Positions 17,472 through 27,570 of a DNA stretch of 64,000 nucleotides are shown here, one piece after another. The notes under the pieces were generated by a model. The model did not search any database and was not told the origin of the DNA. It worked only from the letters and a program-made list of their open reading frames with translations. A program made the translations under genes and the position numbers. The stretch comes from Candidatus Fraserbacteria bacterium (GTDB taxonomy: Bacteria; Bipolaricaulota; Bipolaricaulia; RBG-16-55-9): positions 1 through 64,000 of the forward strand of contig JBBIOR010000003.1 in NCBI GenBank assembly GCA_037443265.1, given 5' to 3'. Position 1 is the stretch's first letter. The number at the start of each line of letters is the position of its first letter.

Positions 17472-19921
17472 GACTCCTTCGCTTCGACAGGCTGAGGGGC
17501 CACGCGGAGGATGAGCCTTTCGCCTTCTACGTCAACCTGCACAGAATCGCCCTCGGCCAGCTCGCCGCCCACGATGCGATTCGCCAGCTCGTTCTCCAGC
17601 TCTTCACGAATGACACGCACCAGTGGCCGAGCACCGTATAACGGGTCATAGCCCTTCTCGGCCAATAGTTCTTTCGCCTCGTCGGAGACCACCAGCTCGA
17701 TGTCCTGCTCCTCAAGCCGCCTGTGCAACTCCGCCAGCTTGAGATCGACGATCTGGCGAATGTGCTCTTGGGCCAGAGGCCGGAAGACGATGATCCCATC
17801 GAGTCTGTTGATGAACTCCGGTCGGAAGAACCTCCGCACTTCGTCGAGCACCTGGGCGCGCACCTGTTCAAAGGGCAGGGCTTTCTTGGCGGGACGCTGC
17901 TCGGCTTCCCCGTTGGCTGCGAACCCGATCCTATGATCGTGGCCGAAGTGTTCGCTGCCCAAATTGCTCGTCATCAGAATGAGCGTGTTCTTAAAATCCA
18001 CGGTGCGGCCCTGACCGTCCGTCAGCCGGCCTTCATCGAGCACCTGCAGGAGCGTGTTGAACACCTCACGATGAGCCTTCTCGATCTCATCGAAGAGAAT
18101 GACGCGATAGGGTCTTCGACGCACGGCCTCCGTGAGCTGGCCGCCTTCCTCATAGCCCACGTAGCCTGGCGGGGCTCCAATCAGCCGGGCGACAGAGTGC
18201 TTCTCCATGTACTCGCTCATATCGATTCTCAAGAGGGCATTCTCGTCGTTGAAGAGCACCCAGGCTAGCGCCTTGGAGAGCTCGGTCTTACCCACGCCCG
18301 TGGGCCCCAAGAACAAGAAGCTCCCGATGGGGCGCTTGGGGTCTTTGAGCCCCGCGCGCGCGCGCCGCACAGCAGCAGATATGGCCCGCACCGCCTCCTC
18401 TTGATCGACGACGCGCTGGTGCAGTTCCTCTTCCAGATGGGCGAGTTTTCGGCGCTCTTCCACAAACATTCTCTCGACAGGGATGCCCGTCCAGAGCGAG
18501 ACGACTTCCGCAATGTCTTCGGCCGTGACTTCCGTTCTCCGGCGCTTCTCCTCCCACTCCTTCTTTAGGCGCTCCCGTTCCGCTCGCAGCTGTTCGAGTT
18601 TCTCGTCCAGGCGAGTCCTTTCCCGTTGGGGGACCCCCTCCCGCTCTTCCTCTAGGGCGCGGATGCGGACATTAAGCTCTTCCAGCTGGGGCGCAAACGT
18701 CTTGTCGATCCGGATCTTCGAGGCCGCCTCGTCCATCAAATCTACGGCCTTATCGGGCAGGAAGCGATCTGTGATGTAGCGCTGCGCAAGAAGAGCGGCC
18801 GCTCTTAGGGCCTCGTCCGTGATCTTGAGCTGATGGTGCTGCTCAAATTTGGGCCGCAGCCCCTTTAAGATCTCCAGCGTCTCCTCCAGGGAGGGTTCTT
18901 CGATGAGGACTTTCTGGAAGCGGCGCTCCAGGGCCGGGTCCGTCTCGATGTACTCGCGATACTCGTCGAGCGTGGTGGCTCCTATGACTTGAAAAGTCCC
19001 GCGGGCCAGCGCGGGCTTTAAGATATTCGAAGCGTCGATGGCTCCCTCGGCTCCGCCTGCTCCTACGATCGTGTGGATCTCATCGATGAAGACGATGAAG
19101 CGCCCCTTGGCCGCTTCGATCTCGTTCATGGCTGCCTTCAAGCGCTCTTCGAACTCGCCTCTGAACTTCGAGCCCGCCACCATCGCGGCCAGATCCAACT
19201 GGATGATCTCTTTCTCCTTAAGGGTCTCGGGCACGTCTCCTTTGACGATCCGCTGGGCTAGGCCCTCGACGATGGCCGTCTTGCCCACACCGGGATCTCC
19301 GATGAGCACCGGGTTGTTCTTCTTCCGTCGAGAGAGAATCTGTGCCACACGTCGGATCTCCCGGCCTCGGCCTATGACGGGGTCGAGCTTGCCGGTGCGG
19401 GCCAGCTGCGTGAGATTGACGCTGTAGCGTTCTAGAATCTGGTAGCGGCTCTCGGCCTCACGATCTGTCACCCGCTGGGCGCCTCTGACTTTCTGGAGCG
19501 CGGCATAGATGGCCTCGGGGGTGAGCCCGTACTTGTCGAGCACGCGGCGAAGCTGGGCGTTCGTGTCGCGGCTGATGGCAATCAGAAGATGCTCCACGCC
19601 GATGAACTCGTCTCTCAAGCGCTCGGCTTCCATCTCCGCCGACTTGACTAAGCTATCGAGCCTGGGGGTGAGATAGATCTGTTGCCCCACGGTGGTCGAG
19701 ATCTGCGGCTTTCGCTCCAGCAGGATTTGAAGGTCTTTGAGCAAGCCGGGCAGAGGAAGGCCAATCTCTTGGAGGAGCTCGCGGCCCACGCCCTCCTTCT
19801 CAGCGAGGGCATAAAAAAGATGCTCCACATCGAGCTGATTGTGCTTGAATCTCTCAAGCAATTCCGCCGCATCGCGGAAGAGCTCTTGAGCCTTCTCCGT
19901 CATCTTATCGAAGCGAATCAT
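17468..19921 (-). CDS. clpC: ATP-dependent Clp protease ATP-binding subunit, ClpC-type
   Basis: Two AAA+ modules ([16 protein letters not shown]), short coiled-coil middle domain, RIGF ClpP-docking loop. Confidence 0.85.
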   Translation of the reverse strand: MIRFDKMTEKAQELFRDAAELLERFKHNQLDVEHLFYALAEKEGVGRELLQEIGLPLPGLLKDLQILLERKPQISTTVGQQIYLTPRLDSLVKSAEMEAERLRDEFIGVEHLLIAISRDTNAQLRRVLDKYGLTPEAIYAALQKVRGAQRVTDREAESRYQILERYSVNLTQLARTGKLDPVIGRGREIRRVAQILSRRKKNNPVLIGDPGVGKTAIVEGLAQRIVKGDVPETLKEKEIIQLDLAAMVAGSKFRGEFEERLKAAMNEIEAAKGRFIVFIDEIHTIVGAGGAEGAIDASNILKPALARGTFQVIGATTLDEYREYIETDPALERRFQKVLIEEPSLEETLEILKGLRPKFEQHHQLKITDEALRAAALLAQRYITDRFLPDKAVDLMDEAASKIRIDKTFAPQLEELNVRIRALEEEREGVPQRERTRLDEKLEQLRAERERLKKEWEEKRRRTEVTAEDIAEVVSLWTGIPVERMFVEERRKLAHLEEELHQRVVDQEEAVRAISAAVRRARAGLKDPKRPIGSFLFLGPTGVGKTELSKALAWVLFNDENALLRIDMSEYMEKHSVARLIGAPPGYVGYEEGGQLTEAVRRRPYRVILFDEIEKAHREVFNTLLQVLDEGRLTDGQGRTVDFKNTLILMTSNLGSEHFGHDHRIGFAANGEAEQRPAKKALPFEQVRAQVLDEVRRFFRPEFINRLDGIIVFRPLAQEHIRQIVDLKLAELHRRLEEQDIELVVSDEAKELLAEKGYDPLYGARPLVRVIREELENELANRIVGGELAEGDSVQVDVEGERLILRVAPQPVEAKES

Positions 19922-20028
19922 CTTCTATTTCTATTCTAGTCTAGTTCTAGCCCCTCGTTAGCAGTCTCATCTTGAGATTGCTAATCGGGATTATAGAGGC
20001 TGTTGGCCCTCCTGTCAAGGCTTCGGGC

Positions 20029-20508
20029 TTAGGGGGCCAGCGCGTAGCGGGCCCCGAGGCTCAGCTGGAAGACGAGCGTAGGAGCGCTCCCGCTCATGAG
20101 CAGCGCACCGCTGCCCTCCAAGATGAGGGTGATGGGAAGCTGCGGCGAAGGGTACTCCACGCCGGCTAGGCCCACCAAGCCGGGGATCACCTCGCCTACG
20201 GCATACAGAAAGAGCGCGCCTCCTCCCACAAAGGGCCTCCCTGTTAGACCGTTGAGCTCTACGCTGCCTGGGTAGAGCTTGGCCGCCAGCCTCCCCTCAA
20301 AATCCACCAGAGGCGCACTGAAGCCGGGAATGGCCGCCGCCGCCTCCAATCGCAGTTGATCCATCACGCCCACGGACGCCAAGCCAGCTAAGGGAACTTT
20401 CACGCCTATCTCAAGAGGGATGGCCGTGGCTGGATCTGAAAACCCCATCAGCAGTCCCATCCCAAGACCGGCCACGATGAATAGAGCGGCACACGCTTGC
20501 ACTCTCAT
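20029..20508 (-). CDS. Exported hypothetical protein, possibly a small beta-barrel
   Basis: Signal peptide; amphipathic strands (PFVGGG, AGVEY, QLSLGARY). Confidence 0.55.
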   Translation of the reverse strand: MRVQACAALFIVAGLGMGLLMGFSDPATAIPLEIGVKVPLAGLASVGVMDQLRLEAAAAIPGFSAPLVDFEGRLAAKLYPGSVELNGLTGRPFVGGGALFLYAVGEVIPGLVGLAGVEYPSPQLPITLILEGSGALLMSGSAPTLVFQLSLGARYALAP

Positions 20509-20584
20509 GCAGAATCCTCCTTGGCCTCTCGCGCATCACCCGCGCGATTATAATATTATGAGAAGAGCGAAGGCAAAACGGAGA

Positions 20585-21325
20585 TCAGCCGACTTGGGCG
20601 AGCAGTTCCTCCGGCACGTCGAAGTTGGCGAAGACTTCCTGGACGTCCTCTTGATCGTCCAGGCGCTCAATGAATTTTATGATTTTCTCAGCCTCATGGC
20701 CCGAGAGCGACACCGTCATCTTGGGCACGAGGGTGACTTGAGCGCGCTCGATCGTGATCCCGCTCTCCTCCAGGCCGCGCTTGACAGCGGAGAGCTTAGC
20801 GGGCGCACAGTAAATTTGAATCTCCTCTGGGCTCTCCTCCATGTCTTCGGCGCCCAAGTCGATGGCCTTCATCAGCAACTGCTCGCTCTCTTGGCCGGCA
20901 GCGGGCTTTACCGTGATCACTCCGCGCCGGTCGAAGAGCCAGGCCACCGAGCCTTGGAGGCTGCCTCCAAACTCCTCAAACGTCTTGCGGATCTGGGAGA
21001 CGGCTCGGTTCTTGTTGTCCGTGACCACGCGGACCATGACCGCCACGCCATAGGGCCCATAGCCCTCATAGATGATCTCTTCATACTGCATGCCGGGCAG
21101 TTCGCCGGTGGCGCGCTTGATCGCCCGCTCTATGTTCTCCTTGGGCATATTCGCCGCGCGGGCCCTCTCAATCACGTCGGCCAAAGTCGCGTTCTTTGCC
21201 GGATCAGGACCATTCCGGGCCGCAATGGTGATCTCCTTGGAGAGCTTCGAAAAGAGCTTCCCCTTGAGAGCGTCCTGTCTCTCCTTGCGATATTTGATAT
21301 TGGCCCATTTCGAATGGCCTGCCAT
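20585..21325 (-). CDS. yebC: YebC/PmpR family protein
   Basis: MAGHSKWANIK, YEGYGPYG, TDNKNR, DVQEVFANF. Confidence 0.96.
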   Translation of the reverse strand: MAGHSKWANIKYRKERQDALKGKLFSKLSKEITIAARNGPDPAKNATLADVIERARAANMPKENIERAIKRATGELPGMQYEEIIYEGYGPYGVAVMVRVVTDNKNRAVSQIRKTFEEFGGSLQGSVAWLFDRRGVITVKPAAGQESEQLLMKAIDLGAEDMEESPEEIQIYCAPAKLSAVKRGLEESGITIERAQVTLVPKMTVSLSGHEAEKIIKFIERLDDQEDVQEVFANFDVPEELLAQVG

Positions 21326-21394
21326 TTTGATCTCCTCCTCGAAGAGTTTAAAATATCCCGCTTACGGGTGCAAGCCCAGAAGGGGGGGGAATCG

Positions 21395-22690
21395 ATGCGC
21401 TCTTTCCAGGAGCAGTATACGGAGCCTGAGATCGTCCGCTTGGCGGAAGGGCTTCAGAAGAAGCCCCTAGAAGAGGCCCTCCAGATACTCGAGGGGTTGC
21501 CGGCTGAGGTGGCCGGGGAAGTCTTGCGGCACATGACGCCGGAGATCTCCTCTGAGCTACTGGCTCGTCTCGAGCGCCGGGAGGCCGTGGAGATTCTCGA
21601 AGAGATGGCTCCCGACTCCGCCGTGGACATCATGGAAGAGCTCCCCCAAGCGGAGCGGGAGGAGCTCCTGCGTGAGATGGAGCCTCCCGAAGCGAAGATT
21701 CTCGAGGAGCTGATCTCCTATCCGCCTGATACCGCTGGCGGCCTCATGTCTCCCCAAGTCGTGGCCCTCGTCCAAGATCTCACCGTGGAGGAGGCCATCG
21801 CCGTGCTGCGGCGGGCTGCCAGCGAGGCCGAGACGATCTACTACGCCTACGTCGTCGATCGCGAGCGAAGGCTCTTGGGTGTGCTCTCCATGCGCGATCT
21901 CATCATGAGCCACCCTAAAAAAACGATCGCAGAGATCATGCATCGCCAGGTCGTGGCCGTCACTGCCGACACCGATGCGGAAGAGGTCGCCAGCCTCTTC
22001 GATCGATATAACTTCCTGGCGCTGCCCGTGATCGATCGGGCGAATCACCTGTTGGGCATCGTCACCGTCGACGATGTCCTTGACGTGATCCGCCAGGAGA
22101 CGACCGAGGACATGCACCGGCTGGTGGGCCTACCTAAGGAGGAGAGCGTGCTCAGCCCGCTGAGGGCGGCTCTAAAGCGCCGTATCCCCTGGCTGTTGGT
22201 CAATCTCATCACGGCGTTCCTCACGGCGCTGGTGGTGGCCCCGTTTGCGGAGACGATCAGCGCCGTGGCCATTCTGGCCGCCTTCATGCCCGTGATCGCC
22301 GGCCACGGCGGGAACACCGGCACTCAAGTGACGACTCTGGTGGTGCGCGGCCTGGCTGTGGGCGAGGTCGCGCTGGGAGATCTATGGCGGATCGTGCGCA
22401 AAGAGCTTGCTTTCGGGCTCATTCACGGGGTGCTGGCCGGAGTCTTTACGGCCGCTTTGGCTCTTTTGCTCACGCAGAATCCGTGGCTGGCCTTGATCGT
22501 GTTTGTGGCCATGGTGGGCAACGTGCTCATTGCCGGCATCATGGGTAGCTTGATACCTTTGGCGTTAAAGCGGCTGGGGCAGGACCCGGCGCTGGCCAGC
22601 GCCATCTGGCTGACGACGTTTACGGACATCTGCGGCTTCTTGTTGCTCCTGGGCTTGGGGACTCTCCTCCTCGGCCGCATGATCCCATGA
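21395..22690 (+). CDS. mgtE: Magnesium transporter MgtE
   Basis: YPPDTAGGLM, CBS pair, GGNTGTQ, DPALAS..TTFTD. Confidence 0.94.
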   Translation: MRSFQEQYTEPEIVRLAEGLQKKPLEEALQILEGLPAEVAGEVLRHMTPEISSELLARLERREAVEILEEMAPDSAVDIMEELPQAEREELLREMEPPEAKILEELISYPPDTAGGLMSPQVVALVQDLTVEEAIAVLRRAASEAETIYYAYVVDRERRLLGVLSMRDLIMSHPKKTIAEIMHRQVVAVTADTDAEEVASLFDRYNFLALPVIDRANHLLGIVTVDDVLDVIRQETTEDMHRLVGLPKEESVLSPLRAALKRRIPWLLVNLITAFLTALVVAPFAETISAVAILAAFMPVIAGHGGNTGTQVTTLVVRGLAVGEVALGDLWRIVRKELAFGLIHGVLAGVFTAALALLLTQNPWLALIVFVAMVGNVLIAGIMGSLIPLALKRLGQDPALASAIWLTTFTDICGFLLLLGLGTLLLGRMIP

Positions 22691-22708
22691 GAATCAAAGG
22701 GGGGAAGT

Positions 22709-23287
22709 ATGCTCAAGAACGATCGTTGGATTCGGGAGATGGCCCTCAAACACAAGATGATCGAGCCTTTTGTCGAGAGGCAGATCAGCCAGGGGGTGAT
22801 CTCTTATGGGCTCTCCAGCTATGGCTACGACATCCGCGTGGCCGATGAGTTTAAGATCTTCAGCAGCGTCAACACCCGCTTGATCGCCGAGGGCAAGCCC
22901 ATCGTTGTAGATCCTAAGAACTTCGATCCCGGCTCCTTCGTCGATCACAAAGGGGAGTTTTGCATCATCCCGCCCAGTTCCTTCGCCCTGGGCCGCTCCG
23001 TGGAATATTTCAGAATTCCGCGCAACGTGCTGGCACTGTGTCTGGGCAAGAGCACATACGCGCGTTGCGGCATCATCGTGAACATAACTCCCGCAGAGCC
23101 GGAGTGGGAGGGGCAGCTTGTCATCGAGATCTCTAACACTTCCCCCTTGCCCGCCAAGCTCTATGCCAATGAAGGCATCGCGCAGATGATCTTCCTTGAG
23201 GCTCCGGAAGAGTGTGAGGTCTCCTACGCCGACAAGAAGGGCAAATATCAGAGGCAGATCGGGATCGTCACTTCCAAAGTGAGCTAG
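22709..23287 (+). CDS. dcd: dCTP deaminase
   Basis: [30 protein letters not shown]. Confidence 0.95.
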   Translation: MLKNDRWIREMALKHKMIEPFVERQISQGVISYGLSSYGYDIRVADEFKIFSSVNTRLIAEGKPIVVDPKNFDPGSFVDHKGEFCIIPPSSFALGRSVEYFRIPRNVLALCLGKSTYARCGIIVNITPAEPEWEGQLVIEISNTSPLPAKLYANEGIAQMIFLEAPEECEVSYADKKGKYQRQIGIVTSKVS

Positions 23288-23360
23288 CGCTCCGCTTGGC
23301 GGCCTTCCGATTGCTGAGTATAATGGATGAACTACTCGCAGGGGGGAAAGGCGAGCTCAA

Positions 23361-23624
23361 ATGTACGACATCGTTACCACGTTGATCTTTTTGGCGCTGA
23401 TGGTGGCCATCTTCTATTTTCTACTCATTCGGCCCGAACGCAAGAGGCGCCAGCAGCACAAGGAACTCATCGAGAGCTTAAAACGGGGAGATAAAGTGAT
23501 CACCATGGGCGGCATCTGTGGGGTGATTAAAAAAGTTGACAGAGATCGAGTCTGGCTGGAGGTTGAAGACAACGTGACCCTCAAACTCGTCAAGGACAGC
23601 GTCATCGAAAGGGAGCAGGCATGA
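23361..23624 (+). CDS. yajC: Preprotein translocase subunit YajC
   Basis: FYFLLIRP, LKRGDKVIT.GGI. Confidence 0.95.
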   Translation: MYDIVTTLIFLALMVAIFYFLLIRPERKRRQQHKELIESLKRGDKVITMGGICGVIKKVDRDRVWLEVEDNVTLKLVKDSVIEREQA

Positions 23625-24991
23625 GCCAAGAAGTCATGCGCTGGGTGCGCGTGGGCCTGATCGCGCTGGCGCTCGTCGGGTCTTTGATCGTGCTCTATTT
23701 TGAAAAGCCCATCCTGGGGTTGGATCTGCGGGGTGGGGTGATGCTCCTGCTCCAGGCGGATCCGGCGGAGCTGAACAAGCTTCCTGCCGCGGAGCAGGCC
23801 CGAGCGGTCACTCAAGCGGTGGATACGATCCGATTTCGTGTGAACGCGACTGGCTTGGCTGAAACCGCCGTGACGCAGGCAGGGCCGGATCGCATCTGGG
23901 TGGAGATCCCTTGTCCGCCACTCCCTCCCTGCAGCCAGGCGGAGCAGGTTCGAGATCTGATCGAGCGGCGGGGGTTCTTGGAGTTGAAGAGAGTGATTCA
24001 GGCCGGGACCAGCCCCGATGAGGAGCTCTCCCCCAATCTCGACCAGGAAGTCGTGCGCGACCGGACGGGCATCCCGTATCTGGTGCCGGAGATCCCGCTT
24101 CTTACAGGCAACGCGATTGAAAGCGCTCGTGCCGCGCCGGCCCCCCTCGGAACCCCAGGGCCCTATGTGGTCGTCCTCACGTTCACAGACAAAGGAGCTC
24201 AAGACTTCGCCCGGATGCTCACCGATGGGACCCTCAAGGGAGGAGATCGACTGGCGATCATCCTCGATGATCGGGTGGAGAGCGCACCGACGATCACCGG
24301 GCCGGAGGAGCCCAATAGCATCATCACGGCTGCCCGTCAGGGGTGGCGGAACATCAAAGATGGCACCCAGATCACGGGCCTGCCCAGCCTGCCAGAAGCC
24401 TCCGATTTGGCCATTGTGTTGCGCTCGGGCAATTTGCCCGTCCCCGTCCGGACGATCTTTCAGGACGAGATCGGGCCCTCGCTGGGGGCGGATTCCATCC
24501 GTCAGGGGCTTACAGCCACCGTGCTGGCCGGCATCCTCGTGCTGCTTTTTATGCTCTTCTACTACCGCCTAGCGGGCCTCATCGCAGATCTCACGATCTT
24601 GCTCAATCTCTTGATGCTGGTGGCCGCGATGATGCTCCTCGACGCCACCTGGACGCTCCCCGGCATTGCGGGGCTTATTCTCACCATGGGCATGGGCCTA
24701 GACTCGAACGTCTTGATCTTCGAGCGCGTCCGAGAGGAACTACGCTCTGGAAAGACGGTGAGAGCGGCGATCGACTTCGGCTACGAGCGGGCGCTGCTCA
24801 CCATTGTCGACTCGCACGTGACTACGCTCATTACGGCTCTCATTCTCTTCACGTTTGGGACCGGCCCGATCAAGGGCTTTGCCACTACGCTCAGCGTAGG
24901 TCTCATCATCAATCTCTTTACGGCCCTGGTGGGCACGCGCACGGCCTTTGAGCTCATCAAGGAGCGCGAGCCGAGGAGGCTCAGCATATGA
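23621..24991 (+). CDS. secD: Protein translocase subunit SecD
   Basis: LGLDLRGG, LRSGNLP, IGPSLG, DSNVLIFERVREE. Confidence 0.96.
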   Translation: MSQEVMRWVRVGLIALALVGSLIVLYFEKPILGLDLRGGVMLLLQADPAELNKLPAAEQARAVTQAVDTIRFRVNATGLAETAVTQAGPDRIWVEIPCPPLPPCSQAEQVRDLIERRGFLELKRVIQAGTSPDEELSPNLDQEVVRDRTGIPYLVPEIPLLTGNAIESARAAPAPLGTPGPYVVVLTFTDKGAQDFARMLTDGTLKGGDRLAIILDDRVESAPTITGPEEPNSIITAARQGWRNIKDGTQITGLPSLPEASDLAIVLRSGNLPVPVRTIFQDEIGPSLGADSIRQGLTATVLAGILVLLFMLFYYRLAGLIADLTILLNLLMLVAAMMLLDATWTLPGIAGLILTMGMGLDSNVLIFERVREELRSGKTVRAAIDFGYERALLTIVDSHVTTLITALILFTFGTGPIKGFATTLSVGLIINLFTALVGTRTAFELIKEREPRRLSI

Positions 24992-26025
24992 AAAGATCTC
25001 CAGAGAAGGCCGCGAGCGATCACCAACCCCCTCGCTTTATCAGTCTGTTAAGGGACACGAAGATCGACTTCATGGGCAAGCGCTTCTTGGCTTTTGCCAT
25101 CTCAGGCGTACTCGTGCTTTTGGGGCTTTTTGCGGCCTATCAAGTCTTCGTTAGCGGAGGGGCCAATCTGGGCATCGAGTTCACCGGGGGCACAGCGGTC
25201 ACCCTCGAGTTTAAAGAACGTATCCCCTTGGAGGAGGCGCGGGCACTCCTCATCCAAAACGGCTTTGCCAACCCCCAGATCACAGACTCCCGCGAAGCCG
25301 GAAAGTTCCGGCTCATCATCCGCGTCAAAGAGGCCACCGTCGAAGGGGAGGCCGTCCTTCTCAGCGATCGGATCAAGCAGCTCTTCCAAGAGGGTTTCCC
25401 CAACAACGCGCCCCTGGCCGAAGGCTCCAGCAGTACCTCCATCGGACCGGCCATCGGGGAAGAACTACGCCAGAAGGCCATCTGGGCCATTCTTTACGCC
25501 TTGATCGGCATCGTCGTCTATATTTGGGTTCGCTTCGATTTCAAGTTCGGGATCGCAGCGACGATCGCCACGTTTCATGATGTGCTGGCCGTGTTGGGGC
25601 TCGTCTGGCTGAAGAACTTCCTCTGGCCGACGGAGATTACGCTGCTCATCATGACGGCTATCCTCACCATCGCGGGCTATTCGCTGACGGACACGGTCGT
25701 GGTCTTCGATCGGATCCGCGAGAATCTCAAAAAGCGCCAGCGGGCACCTCTGGAGCAGCTCCTCAATGACTCGATCAATCAAGTGCTGAGCCGGACGATC
25801 ATCACGTCGCTGACGACTCTTCTGGTCGTGGTGGCGATCTTCGTCTTGGGGGGGGAAGTACTGCGCGACTTCGCCTTTGCCCTGATGATCGGGATTCTCA
25901 CGGGAACCTACTCGTCTATTTTTGTGGCCAGCCCGCTCTTGCTCCTCTGGCGCGGCCGGCGGTGGGGGGGCAAGCTCCTCGGCCAGGCCGAAGCCATCAG
26001 GAAGCCTGCCAAGACTCGCTCCTAG
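24988..26025 (+). CDS. secF: Protein translocase subunit SecF
   Basis: LGIEFTGG, FHDV, GYSLTDTVVVFDRIRE, GTYSSIF. Confidence 0.96.
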   Translation: MKRSPEKAASDHQPPRFISLLRDTKIDFMGKRFLAFAISGVLVLLGLFAAYQVFVSGGANLGIEFTGGTAVTLEFKERIPLEEARALLIQNGFANPQITDSREAGKFRLIIRVKEATVEGEAVLLSDRIKQLFQEGFPNNAPLAEGSSSTSIGPAIGEELRQKAIWAILYALIGIVVYIWVRFDFKFGIAATIATFHDVLAVLGLVWLKNFLWPTEITLLIMTAILTIAGYSLTDTVVVFDRIRENLKKRQRAPLEQLLNDSINQVLSRTIITSLTTLLVVVAIFVLGGEVLRDFAFALMIGILTGTYSSIFVASPLLLLWRGRRWGGKLLGQAEAIRKPAKTRS

Positions 26026-26956
26026 AGAAGACCCACTTCAAGGCCAAGGCCCAGACGGCCTCCTCCGGATGGCGTGCTCCGCGCTTAATCTGAAGATCCT
26101 CCTGGTGCAGACGCTGGAGGAAGGCCCTGAGCTCTTGAGGGGTGAGGCGCTGGGCCGTCTTGATCCGCTTGGCCACCAGCCAGGGGTAGTCCCCGGTACG
26201 CTGGGCGATCTCGTGGGCCGAGAGGCCCTCCGCCATAAGAGAGCGCACTCGCAAGAGCGCTCGCACCTGCGAGGCCAAAAGGAAGAAGACCTTATTGGGC
26301 TCTGCCCCACGCTCCCATAGCGCCCTCAAGAGGCTAAGGGCCTCCAGGCGGCGCTCGATGAGGGCATCCAAGCACCTGAAGACGTCCCCTCCTCGATCGT
26401 GGAAGAGTATTCCATCCAGATCCGCGGGTGAGACCTCACCACGCCCCAAGTAAAGAGACAGCTTTTCCACTTCGCTCTCCAGGCGAAAGAGATCCTCCTC
26501 GACGCTTTCGAGTAGATGCCGCAGGCCCTGAGGGGAGAGCCTCAGCCCACGTTCCTCAAGCAGCTCATGGACCAGAGATGGGAGCTGGCGGCGGTCGGGA
26601 GGCGGATGGTCGTGGACCTCCCCCAGCCTCAAGACGAGCTGAGGGAGCTTGCCCCGTCTGTCCAGCCTCTCCCCTTCGAGGATGATGCACCGCTCTGGGG
26701 GCAGGGGTCGCTCCAAGTAGGGGAGGAGGGCTTCAGGATCGCGCAGCTTATCCACACGTTTCACATGGACGAGCACGTTCTCACGAAAGAGCGGCGAGCT
26801 TTGGAGCGACTCGACAAACTGCTCAATCGGGAGGGCTTCGCCGTCGAAGCGGGCCTCGATCCATGGCCTTTGGCTTTGGGCGCGCAGCTTGCGCTTCAGT
26901 TGCGCAATGGCGCGCTCTCGTAGCCATGCATCGCCGGTGAAGAGATAGAGGCTCAT
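25997..26956 (-). CDS. holA: DNA polymerase III subunit delta
   Basis: LYLFTGD, SPLF, ESEVEKL.LY, DLQIKRG. Confidence 0.85.
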   Translation of the reverse strand: MSLYLFTGDAWLRERAIAQLKRKLRAQSQRPWIEARFDGEALPIEQFVESLQSSPLFRENVLVHVKRVDKLRDPEALLPYLERPLPPERCIILEGERLDRRGKLPQLVLRLGEVHDHPPPDRRQLPSLVHELLEERGLRLSPQGLRHLLESVEEDLFRLESEVEKLSLYLGRGEVSPADLDGILFHDRGGDVFRCLDALIERRLEALSLLRALWERGAEPNKVFFLLASQVRALLRVRSLMAEGLSAHEIAQRTGDYPWLVAKRIKTAQRLTPQELRAFLQRLHQEDLQIKRGARHPEEAVWALALKWVFSRSESWQAS

Positions 26957-27024
26957 CCCAGCTCAGGGGGCATTATAGGGCCGCGGCCTGGAATGCCGCA
27001 AATAGACACGATACAATGGGAATC

Positions 27025-27094
27025 GAAGGGGCCGGGGCCTCGCCGTTTGACCTACGAATTCCCCTCTCACCACCGAAGGGGCCCCGGCCCCTTC
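27025..27094. repeat. ~16-bp inverted repeat with ~37-nt spacer downstream of the 27093..27449 gene
   Basis: GAAGGGGCCGGGGCC ... GGCCCCGGCCCCTTC. Confidence 0.6.
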
Positions 27095-27449
27095 ATTGGG
27101 TACCCTGAGCACTCTTGCCGTTGCCAAACAAGGCGTTCAAGAAGAAGATCAACCCCATCCCGATCGCCGTGCCCAGCACAATGCCCTCACCAAATCTCTC
27201 CTTGCCTGCAAACCGCTGCTGGGTGTACCCACAATGGATGCAGCGAAGGTACTCGTTCTCCTTCTCCGTCTTAAACGGCTCCAGTTTGGATTTGCAGATG
27301 GGACAGCTCTGGGGCTCCAAGATCTCCGAAGGGATCTTATCAATGCCCTTCTTGATCAAGGCCAGCTCGACCTCTTTGGCGTTCTCATACACCCAGAGCG
27401 GCACCTTGATCGTCTTGTAGGCCTCGACATCTTTTGCCATCGCGTTCAT
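27093..27449 (-). CDS. Small Zn-ribbon protein with C-terminal TM helix
   Basis: CPIC..CIHC, hydrophobic tail; own TTGACA/TATAAT promoter near 27515-27545. Confidence 0.7.
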   Translation of the reverse strand: MNAMAKDVEAYKTIKVPLWVYENAKEVELALIKKGIDKIPSEILEPQSCPICKSKLEPFKTEKENEYLRCIHCGYTQQRFAGKERFGEGIVLGTAIGMGLIFFLNALFGNGKSAQGTQ

Positions 27450-27570
27450 GGTCGACCTTCTACCTTGCCACTTGGTAGAAAATTAAGCATATATAACTTT
27501 AGCTTCTAAGTGGCATTATATACTCTTTCTACCCAGCTGTCAAGGGGGTCTCTCAGGGCGCGAAAGGGGG

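Noticed and set aside
17468..19921. ClpB annotation
   Set aside because: The short middle domain and IGF loop indicate a ClpP-partnering ClpC type
20420..21394. 756-aa N-terminally extended MgtE
   Set aside because: The extension is the antisense shadow of yebC; the real start is ATG 21395
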